Positions 30,099 through 40,869 of a stretch of DNA of 64,000 nt are shown here, one piece after another. Both the position numbers and the translations under genes were made by a program. How positions within the stretch are numbered: the stretch's first letter is position 1; each line of letters opens with the position of its first letter. Origin of the DNA: an uncultured bacterium (GTDB lineage: Bacteria > CAYUVA01); NCBI GenBank assembly GCA_964448115.1, contig CAYUVA010000001.1, forward strand, positions 1-64,000, in the 5' to 3' direction. The notes beneath the pieces were generated by a model that ran no database searches, was not told the DNA's origin, and was given only the letters and a program-made list of their open reading frames with translations.

Positions 30099-32465
30099 TT
30101 ACTTCCACAATCTTAATTTGATTAAGACTCTTTTGATCGGCTTTCGCCATTTTGAGGGGATGAGGTGCTTAATATTATCTTTAAGGCTAACATTATCATC
30201 CAGTTTTGCAATTAACTCTTCCACCTGTTTCTTTTTCCTGGAGAGCCTTTCCTGGAGCGTTTTCTTTTCATCCAGCAAGTTATTAATCTGCTCATCCTTC
30301 TTCTTTAGCCAGTACTGATTCTCCTGCCAGGCTTTTTCCAGGTTTCTTATCGCCTCGTCCTTGTTCTTGACCTGCTGCTGAAGCCAGGTGCTGTACCTTC
30401 TGAAATAGGCAAGCTCCGCTGCTTTGTTGAACATGGTATGTATCCAGGTAACACCTGGTCTGATGAACCACTGGTCTATGCGAAGCAGCCCGCGCGAGCT
30501 TTTCATGCCCAGGGCTGCCAGTTGAGCGACCTCCTGCAATGCAAAGTGAGCCGGTCGCCGGGAGTCTCCCCAGATACCGCTCCAATCGCCTTGTAACACT
30601 CGTTGGATCTCAAGGTGCGCGCCATGCCAGCATTCCCCGGCTAGCGCAATGTCATTATCGTTGAGCGCCAGCAATCCGGCATGGAATAGAGCATCAACCG
30701 TCTTGGTGGCTAGCAGGGGACTGAAACCGGTTGCATCCAGCGAGGCACATCGAAGGAAAAGCTCCCGCGCCTGCCGGCGATGACCGCCAGCCATTGCCAA
30801 CCTGGCAGCGACATATAGACTCGAAATCCGCCAGCGGATGCCATGCGGATTGTCATCTGCCTTGTCCTGATATTGGACGATCCGCTTGATCATCTCCTGG
30901 CGCTGGTCATCTGTAATGCTATCGCCTTCGAGCAGCCTATAAGCCAGCACGGTGAGAGCTGCGCCGGTATCGGCGGAGCCAGGACGGGCTATCTCGAGGG
31001 TTCGTTTGGCTATGTCTTCGAGGATATGCGGATTTCGGGATCGCATCCCAATGGAGACGATCGCTCTCACCAGCCATGGATTGTCATAATCGCGCTCGAA
31101 GGCGGTGATGTTCACCCCTGGCTTGTCTGAATAGGTCGGATGGGCGCTTTCCCTGTACCGGCGCTTATCAGCACCCACCGGATCCTTCATAAGCACCAGT
31201 ATCCACCACTCGGCATCATCCTTGGGTTCATCCTCCGTGATGGGGATTTCCTTTATTAGCCTTGCCTTATCCTTCCAGCGCAGATGACCGCCGGCGACCT
31301 GGCAATAGGCATGTTCGACCAAGAAGCGCTTCCTTACCTGCCTAAGCAGTTCTTTCCAATCGTAAATATGCAGGTGATCCCTGCTCGGATTATCGCCCTG
31401 TTCATCCAGCCACCTATTGGGAACGCTAAGCGCCATGCGACCCGCTGGAGTAAGCACCCGGTGCGCCTCGGCAAGGAAATCCATTGGCTTTTCAAGATGC
31501 TCCAGGGTCTCGAACGATGCGAAAAAATCAATGGAACAATCCTCCAGAAAGCCAAGATGGTGCGCATCACCGACCCTGAATTCGAGCCTCCTGTTGCTGG
31601 TCGCATAGTTTGCCCTGGCGTACTCGATGGCAAATTCGCTGTTATCGATACCGATGACCTTATCGGCCAAGGTACCGTCATACATGACTGCGCTGCCGTA
31701 GCCTAATCCGCAGGCGACATCGAGCACCGTGTCGCCGGGGCGGATGAACTCGCTAGCCAGGCGATAGCGCTCAACATGAGCATCAGCGCGCCTCCCCGGC
31801 TCCCTGAGCATGTCTGTATGAAGGTCGCGCTCGGTTTTAAGCGCTTCCAGCAGATACTTGTCAGCAGCCGCTTTGGGTATCTTTTCGAGGAGGATTACCG
31901 CCTCGCCCCCCTCATTCTCCAAGGACTGGTAAGATGTTATATTCAGGTACAATGGGTGCTTTCTGAAGCCTGCTTCCATGCATCTTTGCTCCCACCAGGC
32001 GCGGTCCTTCACGGTCAAGTGCCACTTGTGATCGCGATCCTGCCTGGTTGCGATAACCAGGAAAACGAACCGGCTGCTGATTCGGCAAAGCTCCTGCAGG
32101 GCTACGAGCGCATCATTCTCAGCCAGGTGTTCCAGCATATCGGTGCTGATTACCGTCTCAAAAGCGTTATCGAGATAAGGCAAGTTCAAGACCGATCCTT
32201 GGGCAAAAATGCCCGGAGCATATCGATTTATCCCCTCGAGCGCCCTGGCTGAGATATCGATACCGTAAGCATCAACCCCCTTGCCAATCAGTGTTTTGAC
32301 CAGCACTCCCATCCCACAGCCGACATCAATGAAACGCCCTGCCCCACCACAGCTATTAAGGATTTTTTCGCAGATCGGTTCCGCATCCTGAAATGAGCTT
32401 TCTCCCCATCTGTCGGGTAGAGACCAGTATTCATCGTACATTGATTGGTAGTCCCTGTGTTTCAT
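30099..32465 (-). CDS. Double class I SAM methyltransferase with helical region and C-terminal coiled coil
   Basis: DVGCGMG and DVACGLGYG SAM motifs, FETLEHL, heptad-rich K/E/Q tail ending in the basic amphipathic SKWRKPIKRVLIKLRLWK. Confidence 0.82.
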   Translation of the reverse strand: MKHRDYQSMYDEYWSLPDRWGESSFQDAEPICEKILNSCGGAGRFIDVGCGMGVLVKTLIGKGVDAYGIDISARALEGINRYAPGIFAQGSVLNLPYLDNAFETVISTDMLEHLAENDALVALQELCRISSRFVFLVIATRQDRDHKWHLTVKDRAWWEQRCMEAGFRKHPLYLNITSYQSLENEGGEAVILLEKIPKAAADKYLLEALKTERDLHTDMLREPGRRADAHVERYRLASEFIRPGDTVLDVACGLGYGSAVMYDGTLADKVIGIDNSEFAIEYARANYATSNRRLEFRVGDAHHLGFLEDCSIDFFASFETLEHLEKPMDFLAEAHRVLTPAGRMALSVPNRWLDEQGDNPSRDHLHIYDWKELLRQVRKRFLVEHAYCQVAGGHLRWKDKARLIKEIPITEDEPKDDAEWWILVLMKDPVGADKRRYRESAHPTYSDKPGVNITAFERDYDNPWLVRAIVSIGMRSRNPHILEDIAKRTLEIARPGSADTGAALTVLAYRLLEGDSITDDQRQEMIKRIVQYQDKADDNPHGIRWRISSLYVAARLAMAGGHRRQARELFLRCASLDATGFSPLLATKTVDALFHAGLLALNDNDIALAGECWHGAHLEIQRVLQGDWSGIWGDSRRPAHFALQEVAQLAALGMKSSRGLLRIDQWFIRPGVTWIHTMFNKAAELAYFRRYSTWLQQQVKNKDEAIRNLEKAWQENQYWLKKKDEQINNLLDEKKTLQERLSRKKKQVEELIAKLDDNVSLKDNIKHLIPSKWRKPIKRVLIKLRLWK

Positions 32466-32657
32466 GAAATAATTTTCCCCAATATCAATGGTATGGAAAG
32501 AAACGATATCATGAGCTTCAATTATAACAAAGTGTTCGCATCATCTACAATATCCCTGCCCCTTTGTGGCTTATATTGCCCTTAAATTGCATTATCAACT
32601 CAAGGTTAGTATAATTGAGTGCCTAAATCGAGGATCTGTAAAGGTGCAAGCAATGAA

Positions 32658-33548
32658 ATGATCAGGCTGGCGATTAAACTCGTGGTAGTAACCCTCTATG
32701 TCTATTTCTTGACCGACATAGGTATAAAGCTGCTCGAGCCTGAATATATGCCGGTCTTTTCCCCCTCGGTTACTGCTGCCCAATCACAAACCGCCCAAAA
32801 GGATAATGTTACCAAAGAGACCCTACAAATCATACTAGATCGAAACATATTTGGAGTATCAAGTCAATCATCGATCCCCGAAAAGACTCCGCCTGCAATA
32901 CCGGAAGAGAAAGATCCCTCGCTGGATGATTATGTACAGACCACCGCGCCGCTACTTTTAAGGGCGACTATAATCCTGGAACATGGCGCCAGCTACGCCA
33001 TAATCCAACAAAAGGGTGGACGCAGGGGCGAGGAGCTGATCTATAAAGAGGGCGATTCCATCCAAGATACGGGAATCATCGTGGAACGGATAATGCGTAA
33101 CCGAGTGCTGCTTAACAATAAGGGCAACAAGGAATACCTGGAGATCGCGGAGCTAGTCGCTTATTCTCCGCATATCTCTACCACAAGCAAAGACTCGGAG
33201 GGCAGATACAGTGTCCGCCAGTTGGATGAGACACACTACATCATCGATCGACAGACCATCAACTACGCCATCTCCAATGTAAATCACTTCATCAACGAGT
33301 TTCGCATGGCTCCGCACTTCACCGATGGAGAGCCTGATGGATTCGTTGTGGCCCGCATGAGACGAGGCTCGCTAGTGGAGAAGATGGGGCTGCAACGAGG
33401 TGATATAATAAAGGGGATAAATGGCAGGAGCATCACCAGGCCAGAGGATGCCTTCACCATCTACCAGCAGCTTAGGGGTGAAAGCAATATCTACATCGAC
33501 CTGGTGCGAGACAATCAAAACCTCACCATGTATTATGAGATCAAATAG
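32658..33548 (+). CDS. gspC: Type II secretion system protein C (with PDZ domain)
   Basis: N-terminal TM, RNIFG, C-terminal PDZ (GLQRGDIIKGING); directly upstream of the secretin. Confidence 0.82.
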   Translation: MIRLAIKLVVVTLYVYFLTDIGIKLLEPEYMPVFSPSVTAAQSQTAQKDNVTKETLQIILDRNIFGVSSQSSIPEKTPPAIPEEKDPSLDDYVQTTAPLLLRATIILEHGASYAIIQQKGGRRGEELIYKEGDSIQDTGIIVERIMRNRVLLNNKGNKEYLEIAELVAYSPHISTTSKDSEGRYSVRQLDETHYIIDRQTINYAISNVNHFINEFRMAPHFTDGEPDGFVVARMRRGSLVEKMGLQRGDIIKGINGRSITRPEDAFTIYQQLRGESNIYIDLVRDNQNLTMYYEIK

Positions 33549-35601
33549 AACAGACAATAATGGCAAGGCTATAAAGCGGTTATCAGCGGTAATCTTAGGT
33601 ATTCTTCTTTGCGCGCTGGCATTCAACGATGCTATTTCCGAGCGAACGACTACTGGTACAAATCCATCTGCCGGCGCCCAGAAGCTGATATCCTTCGATT
33701 TTTCCAACACCGATATTCTCGCCTTCATCAAGATAGTTAGCGAGCTGACCGGCAAGAACTTCGTGGTCGATGAGCGCGTCAAGGGCAAGGTCAATGTCAT
33801 CTCGCCGGAGAAGATACCACTATCAGCCGTTTACTCCATATTCCAGTCGGTGCTCTCGGTTCACGGCTATACCGCAGTGCCCATGGGGGATATAGTCAAG
33901 ATCATCCCCCAGAAGCAGGTCAAGGATACCGGGGTGGAGACCTACACGGGTAGGCTGCCGGACAAGCTGGCACTGGAGGAATATGTTACCCTCATTCGCC
34001 GGCTACGATACATAGATGCACAGGAGCTTATCGCCATATTTCGCACCATAATGCCCCCGGAGGCATCCATCATCGCCCATGCGCCGAGCAATACGCTGAT
34101 CATCACCGATACTCGGGCAAATGTTAGCCGTATGATGATGATCATCGACAACATAGATATCATGGATGCCTTCAACGAGCCGAGGATCTTCGAGCTGAAA
34201 TACGCGGATGCACAGACGATTGCTGATATCCTTTATTCGCTCTTTAGCGGCGATGATTCTGTTACTGGTAACATAAAAACGAATATACCGGGCAGGCGGG
34301 GAAGGCGGGCAACGGTTGCCGGTGGCGCTCAACAATTAGTCATCGTGCCGGAAACCAGGACCAACTCCCTTATCATAAGCGCGGATGCAAACCAGCTTCG
34401 GATCATCGAATCGCTCATCCAAAGCCTTGATTCAGAGGTTTCAAAGGATAGAAGCAGCTTCCATGTCTATTATCTTGAGCATGCTGATGCCCAGAACCTC
34501 AAGGAGGTGCTCACCCAGCAGGTTACGCAGGTCTCCCATCGTCCTGGAATGCCACCACAGCAATCAAGCGGTCAAAGCCTGTTCAAGGAGGAGGTTGTCA
34601 TCTCGGCTGACCAGGAGACCAACTCGCTTATCATCACCGCCTCCCCCTATGACTACCAGATCCTCAAGGATGTGATCGCCAAGCTCGATGTCCCCCGCGC
34701 CCAGGTGCTCGTGGAGGCGCTTATAGTCGAGCTTACATTAGAGAAATCCCAGGAGATCGGCGTTGAGTGGCGTTCGCTGGAGCAGCCAGAGGCGGGGAAA
34801 TACACGCCATTCGGAGGCACAACCCTGCCCAGCGGAGCATCAGGGAGCAGCGCGCTCACCGAAGCCATGACAAATCCTTATGCACCACCATCGGGAATGA
34901 TACTCGGCATTGCAAAGGGAACCTTCACCTTCGGGGGAAAGGAATATGTTAATATAGGAGCTTTAGCTCGCGCTTTCCAGGCTGACTCAGATGTCAATGT
35001 CCTCTCCACGCCGCACATCTTGACCTTGGATAACCAGGAAGCGGAGATAATCATCGGCGAGGAGCGACCTTTCCTGCGCTCAACGCAGACCACATCGCTC
35101 GATTCTGTGATCCGCACCTATGAGTACAAGGATGTGGGGCTTACCCTCAGAATTACCCCCCACATCAGCCAGTCCCAGTTCGTTAAGCTCGATATATTCC
35201 AGGAGATCAAGGACTTCGTGGAGCAGATGGAGGTGGGTGCAATAACTACTACCAAACGGCAGGCAAAGACCACGGTGGTTGTCGAGGACAAGCAGACCGT
35301 GGTCATCGGCGGTCTGATCAAGGATAATATCAGCAAGGGGAATGCACTGGTGCCGTGCCTGGGCAAGATCCCGATCATTGGCTGGCTGTTCAAGTCCATG
35401 AAGACGCAAAATAAAAAGACCAACCTCATGATATTCATAACCCCGTATATCATCTCCAATCCAGCGCAGCTTGTCCCCATAACCGACAGCAAGCACCAAA
35501 AGATGGAGGACCTGCTCAAGGAGCATAGCTCTGATATCCACCTCGAGGATCTCCCCGGCAAGCCGACTCCTACCCCTGATGTGGAGAGTGATGCTCAATG
35601 A
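33535..35601 (+). CDS. gspD: Type II secretion system secretin
   Basis: SELTGKNFVVDERVKGKV N0 domain, N-repeats (TNSLII), QVLVEALIVE, STPHILTLDNQEA, VPCLGKIPIIGWLFK. Start approximate. Confidence 0.92.
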   Translation: MRSNRTDNNGKAIKRLSAVILGILLCALAFNDAISERTTTGTNPSAGAQKLISFDFSNTDILAFIKIVSELTGKNFVVDERVKGKVNVISPEKIPLSAVYSIFQSVLSVHGYTAVPMGDIVKIIPQKQVKDTGVETYTGRLPDKLALEEYVTLIRRLRYIDAQELIAIFRTIMPPEASIIAHAPSNTLIITDTRANVSRMMMIIDNIDIMDAFNEPRIFELKYADAQTIADILYSLFSGDDSVTGNIKTNIPGRRGRRATVAGGAQQLVIVPETRTNSLIISADANQLRIIESLIQSLDSEVSKDRSSFHVYYLEHADAQNLKEVLTQQVTQVSHRPGMPPQQSSGQSLFKEEVVISADQETNSLIITASPYDYQILKDVIAKLDVPRAQVLVEALIVELTLEKSQEIGVEWRSLEQPEAGKYTPFGGTTLPSGASGSSALTEAMTNPYAPPSGMILGIAKGTFTFGGKEYVNIGALARAFQADSDVNVLSTPHILTLDNQEAEIIIGEERPFLRSTQTTSLDSVIRTYEYKDVGLTLRITPHISQSQFVKLDIFQEIKDFVEQMEVGAITTTKRQAKTTVVVEDKQTVVIGGLIKDNISKGNALVPCLGKIPIIGWLFKSMKTQNKKTNLMIFITPYIISNPAQLVPITDSKHQKMEDLLKEHSSDIHLEDLPGKPTPTPDVESDAQ

Positions 35602-37298
35602 GCCAAACCGGGCGCCTTGGCGAGATACTGGTCCAACTCGGCTACGCGAAGGAAGCTGATATCAAGCGTGGACTGCACCTGCAAAGGGAGAACGGGCAAT
35701 ATATCGGAAGGTGCCTGATACAGCTAGGTATCATAAACGAGGATCGCTTGCTGGAAGCCCTATCCAGGCAGTTTTCCATGCCCATCTATGATCATCGCAG
35801 AGGCAGGAGTGTTTCAGCAGATCCTTCCCTTATAAAAAAGGCTCCCCGCGGCTACCTGAAGCGAAACCGGGTATGTCCAATTAGACAGCAAGACGGCTGC
35901 CTGGAGGTGCTCGTAAACGATCCGCTGAACTACCAGGCTCTCGATGACCTTGGGGTCTTGTTTAACAGCCCAATAAGGCCGATACTCGCCGGTGAGCTTA
36001 TCATCCTGGAGATGATCAATGCTGGCGAGGAGTCATCGACGGGCAGCTCAGAGCAGATCATGGACGAGATCGATGGGCAGGCCTTACAGGACTTCATCTC
36101 GGTGCTTGAGGAGCCGGAGGATCTTCTCGATGCCTCGGAGCAAGCGCCTATAATCAAGCTGGTCAACACGGTGCTGAGCCAGGCGGTGCGCCAGAGAGCC
36201 AGCGACATCCACATCGAGCCGTTCGAGCGCGAGCTGCTGGTAAGATACCGCATAGATGGCATCCTTTATGACACGTTGCGCATCCCGAGAAGCCTGCACC
36301 CAGCGATCTCAAGCCGCGTAAAGGTGATGGCTAACCTCGACATAGCGGAGAAACGCCTGCCACAGGATGGAAGGATCAAGATAAAGATAGCTGAAAAACA
36401 GGTCGATATCAGGGTCTCGGTGGTGCCTACCGCCTTTGGCGAGCGGCTGGTGCTCAGGCTGCTCGATACCAGCTCAATCCGTCTTCGATTACGCGAGATC
36501 GGGCTTGCTGAGGGTGATTATACAAGGTTCGTAAAGCTGATCCACAAACCCAATGGCATCATCCTGTCAACCGGACCAACCGGCTCCGGTAAGACTACAA
36601 CGCTCTATGCAGCCTTGCAGGAGATAAACTCGCACGAGCTTAATATCATCACCATCGAAGATCCGATAGAGTATCGCCTGGAGAATGTGGGGCAGATCCA
36701 GGTCAACCCTAAGATAAACCTGACCTTCGCGGCTGGCTTAAGGCATATCCTGCGCCAGGATCCTGATGTTATAATGGTCGGCGAGATCAGGGACCGAGAG
36801 ACCGCGGACATGGCGGTGCAGGCATCATTGACCGGGCACCTGGTTTTCTCCACCCTGCATACCAACGATGCCGCCGGGGCGGTTACCAGGCTTATGGAGA
36901 TGGACATCGAGCCGTTCCTCATCTCATCATCGCTGCTTGCCGTGATCAGCCAAAGGCTGGTGCGGATCCTATGCGATCACTGCAAGCGTGAGCGCCGGCT
37001 TAATGATGAGCAAAAGGCGATCTTCCAAGGCTATAAAATCGAGCCACCGGTTACGGTCTGTGCGCCGGTCGGCTGCGATAAGTGCGCCGGCAAGGGATAC
37101 TTGGGCAGAACCGGCATCTTCGAGATACTCTATTCCAACGATGATATAAGAGAGCTTATATTGCAGGGAGCCGACGCTGATACAATAAAAAACAAGGCGG
37201 TCAGCCTGGGAATGCAGATACTGCGTGCCGACGGGCTGCGCAAGGTCATCGACAAGATAACCTCCTTAGAGGAGGTCATCAGGGTTACCAGGGAGTGA
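35598..37298 (+). CDS. gspE: Type II secretion system ATPase
   Basis: ASDIHIEP, GPTGSGKTTTLY, LRQDPD, TGHLVFSTLHTN, Zn-binding CxxC pairs; N-terminal RLGEIL (MshEN-like). Confidence 0.92.
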   Translation: MSQTGRLGEILVQLGYAKEADIKRGLHLQRENGQYIGRCLIQLGIINEDRLLEALSRQFSMPIYDHRRGRSVSADPSLIKKAPRGYLKRNRVCPIRQQDGCLEVLVNDPLNYQALDDLGVLFNSPIRPILAGELIILEMINAGEESSTGSSEQIMDEIDGQALQDFISVLEEPEDLLDASEQAPIIKLVNTVLSQAVRQRASDIHIEPFERELLVRYRIDGILYDTLRIPRSLHPAISSRVKVMANLDIAEKRLPQDGRIKIKIAEKQVDIRVSVVPTAFGERLVLRLLDTSSIRLRLREIGLAEGDYTRFVKLIHKPNGIILSTGPTGSGKTTTLYAALQEINSHELNIITIEDPIEYRLENVGQIQVNPKINLTFAAGLRHILRQDPDVIMVGEIRDRETADMAVQASLTGHLVFSTLHTNDAAGAVTRLMEMDIEPFLISSSLLAVISQRLVRILCDHCKRERRLNDEQKAIFQGYKIEPPVTVCAPVGCDKCAGKGYLGRTGIFEILYSNDDIRELILQGADADTIKNKAVSLGMQILRADGLRKVIDKITSLEEVIRVTRE

Positions 37299-37419
37299 GC
37301 ATGGAAGGATAACCCGCACCTTGGGTATCCCTTTACCATTGGATCATTTAAATCACTTTTTTATATGCTCGAACATGATGGTTAACTACTCGCCGGGGAC
37401 ATAGGTGTAGGCTCCTTGA

Positions 37420-37743
37420 CTTATTACCACGCTTCCTGGGCGAATAAAAGAAGGGTACGCCTGGCAACCTGGGGTCTATCAGCCACCATTTGCTTACGCT
37501 AGCCATGGCGGCGAGAGGGGGATAATCTTCGATAAGCTGGAGCATGGTATCGAGATCTACTTGGATGGTCATCCTTGGGGAATCAGGTTCACCTGCATTG
37601 ATGCGGAAAACCTGGTGTATATCTTTCCGCATGCGGCTATTCCTGGCACCTTGCAGCCTGGCAATATTCTTCTCGAACCGGTAGCGATCACCTCCTTGGG
37701 CGATGAAGGTCCGTGCTGGCTCTACTTGGTTTCGCGGCAATAG
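37420..37743 (+). pseudogene. Degenerate stand-alone copy of the 'WPYL' C-terminal domain
   Basis: Stop-free frame reads ...SHGGERGII...IEIYLDGHPWGI...PGNILLEPVAITSLGDEGPCWLYLVSRQ*, matching the GG..EIYY.G.PTG..PG.Y.LE..WPYL pattern; no credible start. Confidence 0.55.
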
Positions 37744-37765
37744 ATTGTGCCTGTTTAACATCGGA

Positions 37766-37794
37766 TTGACAAAGGATTTCCAGTCGATTATCTC
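37766..37794 (+). promoter_or_regulatory. Candidate sigma70 promoter
   Basis: TTGACA-17 nt-TATCTC immediately upstream of ATG 37803. Confidence 0.4.
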
Positions 37795-37802
37795 AATGTG
37801 AT

Positions 37803-38603
37803 ATGAATACTGAGGGTAAAAAGGTAGAGATACTCAATATCGGCAATGAGCTGCTTCGTGGCAATACGGCAAATACCAACGGTTGCTGGCTAGCAAAGCA
37901 GCTTTTCATGCGCGGGATACTACCGCGAAGGATTCTGGTGCTCCCCGATGATCAAAGGGTTCTGGCTACCGAGATTCGCAGCGCCGTCTCTCGCGATGTG
38001 GAATTGCTAGTAATAAGCGGCGGTCTTGGTCCAACCGATGATGATATAACACTTCGTAGCCTGTCTGTCGCCATCCGTCAGCCGTTGATCCTGAACATGG
38101 AGGCTCATGATCAAGTAGCGGCAGCCTACAAGCGCTTCTATGAACAAAAGGCGGTCGATTCGCCGGATATGACCACAAACCGTGCCAAGATGGCATATCT
38201 GCCCCAGGGGGCTATTGTGATACCGAACAGCGTCGGCAGCGCACCGGGCGTTCTGCTCAAGCATGAACAGATGTGGATACTGGTTTGCCCTGGCGTGCCA
38301 CAGGAGATGAAGTCGGTGTTCAGCGAGGGCTTAAAGCAGGTTCCAGATGATTTCTTTCCAGGGACTTGCTTCATTGAGACCACGATAAAATCGGGCTGCA
38401 AGGATGAATCGATCCTCGCCGATGCCATAAAGAGAACATTAAGAAAATACCCTGATATAACCATCAAGTCTCTTCCTGCCGGGTTCGCCCCCCAGGCTGA
38501 CCTTGAGGTCTATGTCAGCCTGTTCGCAGCCAGTGAAGGTGCTGCCCAAAGTAGGCTGCACGAGGTTATTGAAACGCTACGAGTTTATATAAAAGAGCTA
38601 TGA
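37803..38603 (+). CDS. CinA-like molybdopterin-binding domain protein (lacks the C-terminal NMN deamidase)
   Basis: IGNELLRG...NTN, SGGLGPTDDDIT, NSVGSAPG, PGVPQEM. Confidence 0.85.
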   Translation: MNTEGKKVEILNIGNELLRGNTANTNGCWLAKQLFMRGILPRRILVLPDDQRVLATEIRSAVSRDVELLVISGGLGPTDDDITLRSLSVAIRQPLILNMEAHDQVAAAYKRFYEQKAVDSPDMTTNRAKMAYLPQGAIVIPNSVGSAPGVLLKHEQMWILVCPGVPQEMKSVFSEGLKQVPDDFFPGTCFIETTIKSGCKDESILADAIKRTLRKYPDITIKSLPAGFAPQADLEVYVSLFAASEGAAQSRLHEVIETLRVYIKEL

Positions 38604-39580
38604 TGATGGCTGAGTCGTCATCAAATCCAGGTGGAGCTTCAGACTATACTCCATTGAGCCTGACCAAGATACTCTTGGCATTATTTCTAGTTATAAATCT
38701 GGGACTATGGCTCGCTTACTTCTGGCGCAGCGAGCAGACCAGTAAAGTCATTGCCCTGGTGAACGGCGAGCCGATAATTATGGATCAGCTCATACAAAGA
38801 ATGAGCCAGGCACCTGAGCCTTCCGTTATAGACGATGCGGAGATAATAAATAAGAATCCTGTCTTGGCAAAATTATACCTCGATAGGCTGATCGATGAAA
38901 CCCTGATATTACAGGCTGCTGGGGATCTTAACATCACGGTAAGCGATGATGAGCTGGCACGATTTTTAGTATCTTTGGAGTCTCAAGGCGTTGAGCAACT
39001 CCATGATAAGCTGGCTGATGATCCTGAAATCATCGATAAAACCAGGCGAAATCTACTACTCTTAAAGACAAGGATGGCTTTGAGCAGAAACCTAGGCAAG
39101 ATCGGCGACGATGAGCTTAGGAATTACTATCGGCAGCACACCGAAGAGTTCACCGAGCCTGCGATGGTCGATATCAGCATGATCTTCAGCAGGGACTACC
39201 AACAGATACGCGAGGCACTCGATAAGCTTTGTGGCGGAGCAGATTTCGAGTACACTGCTCAGGCCTGCGAGGAACTAAGCGAATTGACACACTGGAACCA
39301 CCTCGGATGGCTGGCAAAGGACGAGGTTACTGCCGGACCGGGTATCGACCTATTCGAGCTTCAGCCAGGAGATGTAAGCAAGATAGTCTTCTCTGAGTTC
39401 GGATATCACCTGTTTTACATAAACGACCTCAAGCCGCAGACTGTAAAGCCTTTCGAGCAGGTGCGAAACCAGGTCTATTACCTTGTATCGCAGCAAAAAA
39501 GCGATATAATGCTCAAACAGTGGCTCAAGAAAAAAAGAGCCAAATCGAAAATAAGCCTATACCTGGATGATGCACTATGA
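38600..39580 (+). CDS. Parvulin-type peptidyl-prolyl isomerase / SurA-PrsA-like chaperone
   Basis: N-terminal TM, ALVNGEPI, rotamase-like VSKIVFSEFGYHL. Confidence 0.8.
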   Translation: MMMAESSSNPGGASDYTPLSLTKILLALFLVINLGLWLAYFWRSEQTSKVIALVNGEPIIMDQLIQRMSQAPEPSVIDDAEIINKNPVLAKLYLDRLIDETLILQAAGDLNITVSDDELARFLVSLESQGVEQLHDKLADDPEIIDKTRRNLLLLKTRMALSRNLGKIGDDELRNYYRQHTEEFTEPAMVDISMIFSRDYQQIREALDKLCGGADFEYTAQACEELSELTHWNHLGWLAKDEVTAGPGIDLFELQPGDVSKIVFSEFGYHLFYINDLKPQTVKPFEQVRNQVYYLVSQQKSDIMLKQWLKKKRAKSKISLYLDDAL

Positions 39581-40557
39581 AAAGAGATAGTAAGCTAGAT
39601 GCGGCACCGATACTGATTATGCTTGTATTTCTAGCCTCTAGTGCCTATGGCATATTGATCGAAGCCATAGTCGCAATAGTCGGAGATGAGATAATAACCC
39701 TGAGCGAGTTCAATGAAAGACTTATGATGAAAACCGCGCAGCTACCGAAGGATATCGAGAGCGGCAAGTACCTTGATGAGATAAAGAAGATAAAAAAGGA
39801 GCTGCTCCAAGAGCTAATCGCTGAAAAACTGATCCTTCAAGAGGCAAAGAAAAGCTATATCGAGGTGGATGAAAACTATGTCAAAAACACCATCGAACGG
39901 CTCATGAAGGAAAACGATATCACATCCATGGAGCAGTTCGAGCAGGCGCTCTTAACCGAGGGATTCACCCTGGATGAATACAAGAAATTTCTTAATAACC
40001 AATATAAGATGTACCGGCTCAGGCAACAATATGTCGAGTCAAAGATCACCATCCTGGATAGTCAGATAGAAAAATACTACCAGGAGCATATCGATGATTA
40101 TTACCAGCCTAAACAAGCTCACCTTAGACAGATACTGCTGATAATCGATCCTGATGAGCCGCAAAAGGCCAAAAAGCTAGCAGACCAATTATATAGTAAG
40201 CTAATCGAGGGAGAGGACTTCGTGCAGTTGGCTAAGGAATACTCCCAGGGACCAAATCCAAAAGATGGCGGAGATATCGGCTTCGTAAAGCTGGATGATA
40301 TACACGCGGACTATAAAGATGCGATCCTGAAAGCACAATCAAGGGGTTTTACCCCCCCAATCGAGGTTGGCAAGGCGATCAGCATATTCCAGGTGCTTGA
40401 GAGCAAGGGTGGGGATGCAAAACCGCTCGCACAGGTCAAGGACAAAATAGAAAATAAGCTCTATAACATGCGTGCTAGAGAGCTTTTCGACCAGTGGATT
40501 GAAGAGCTAAAGGGGAAATATTACCTGGAGATCAAATATGATGTTCTTAACATTTAA
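39577..40557 (+). CDS. SurA-like periplasmic chaperone/PPIase
   Basis: Signal peptide, IVAIVGDEIITLSE (SurA N-domain), FVQLAKEYSQGP..KDGGDIGF. Confidence 0.85.
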   Translation: MKRDSKLDAAPILIMLVFLASSAYGILIEAIVAIVGDEIITLSEFNERLMMKTAQLPKDIESGKYLDEIKKIKKELLQELIAEKLILQEAKKSYIEVDENYVKNTIERLMKENDITSMEQFEQALLTEGFTLDEYKKFLNNQYKMYRLRQQYVESKITILDSQIEKYYQEHIDDYYQPKQAHLRQILLIIDPDEPQKAKKLADQLYSKLIEGEDFVQLAKEYSQGPNPKDGGDIGFVKLDDIHADYKDAILKAQSRGFTPPIEVGKAISIFQVLESKGGDAKPLAQVKDKIENKLYNMRARELFDQWIEELKGKYYLEIKYDVLNI

Positions 40558-40781
40558 TCTCGATCTCATTCAGCGAGTAGAACCTTTATAAAATCCTGTC
40601 ATTTCATTGCTCTTAAAAGTTTCAATAGCGTTTAAGATAGCAGTGTCTAAATTAAAGCACTATCGGGAAACTGAAAAGAAATCTATTTTGAAATAATCAA
40701 GCAAGGTCATAGTATCATTTTTTTGGGGTAATAAAAAATAAGGCTATTATAGCGATGTATGTTATCAATGTTTTTCAGTGG

Positions 40782-40844
40782 TCCCGAGTTGGTCGGGATT
40801 GCGGTTGCCCTAAATAAAGGGTGGGGGAAAGCCCTATCCCTACA
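40782..40844. repeat. Degenerate REP-like element with small internal palindrome
   Basis: TCCCGA-GTTGG-TCGGGA palindrome next to GGTTGCCC...CCCTAC; minus strand reads GTAGGG...GGGCAACC as in GTAG-family REPs. Confidence 0.4.
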
Positions 40845-40869
40845 TTATGATGACTTTTAACACCATTTG

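Noticed and set aside
37348-37761. 137-aa minus-strand ORF
   Set aside because: No recognisable motifs; the opposite strand carries the WPYL-like relic, so this is probably a shadow ORF.
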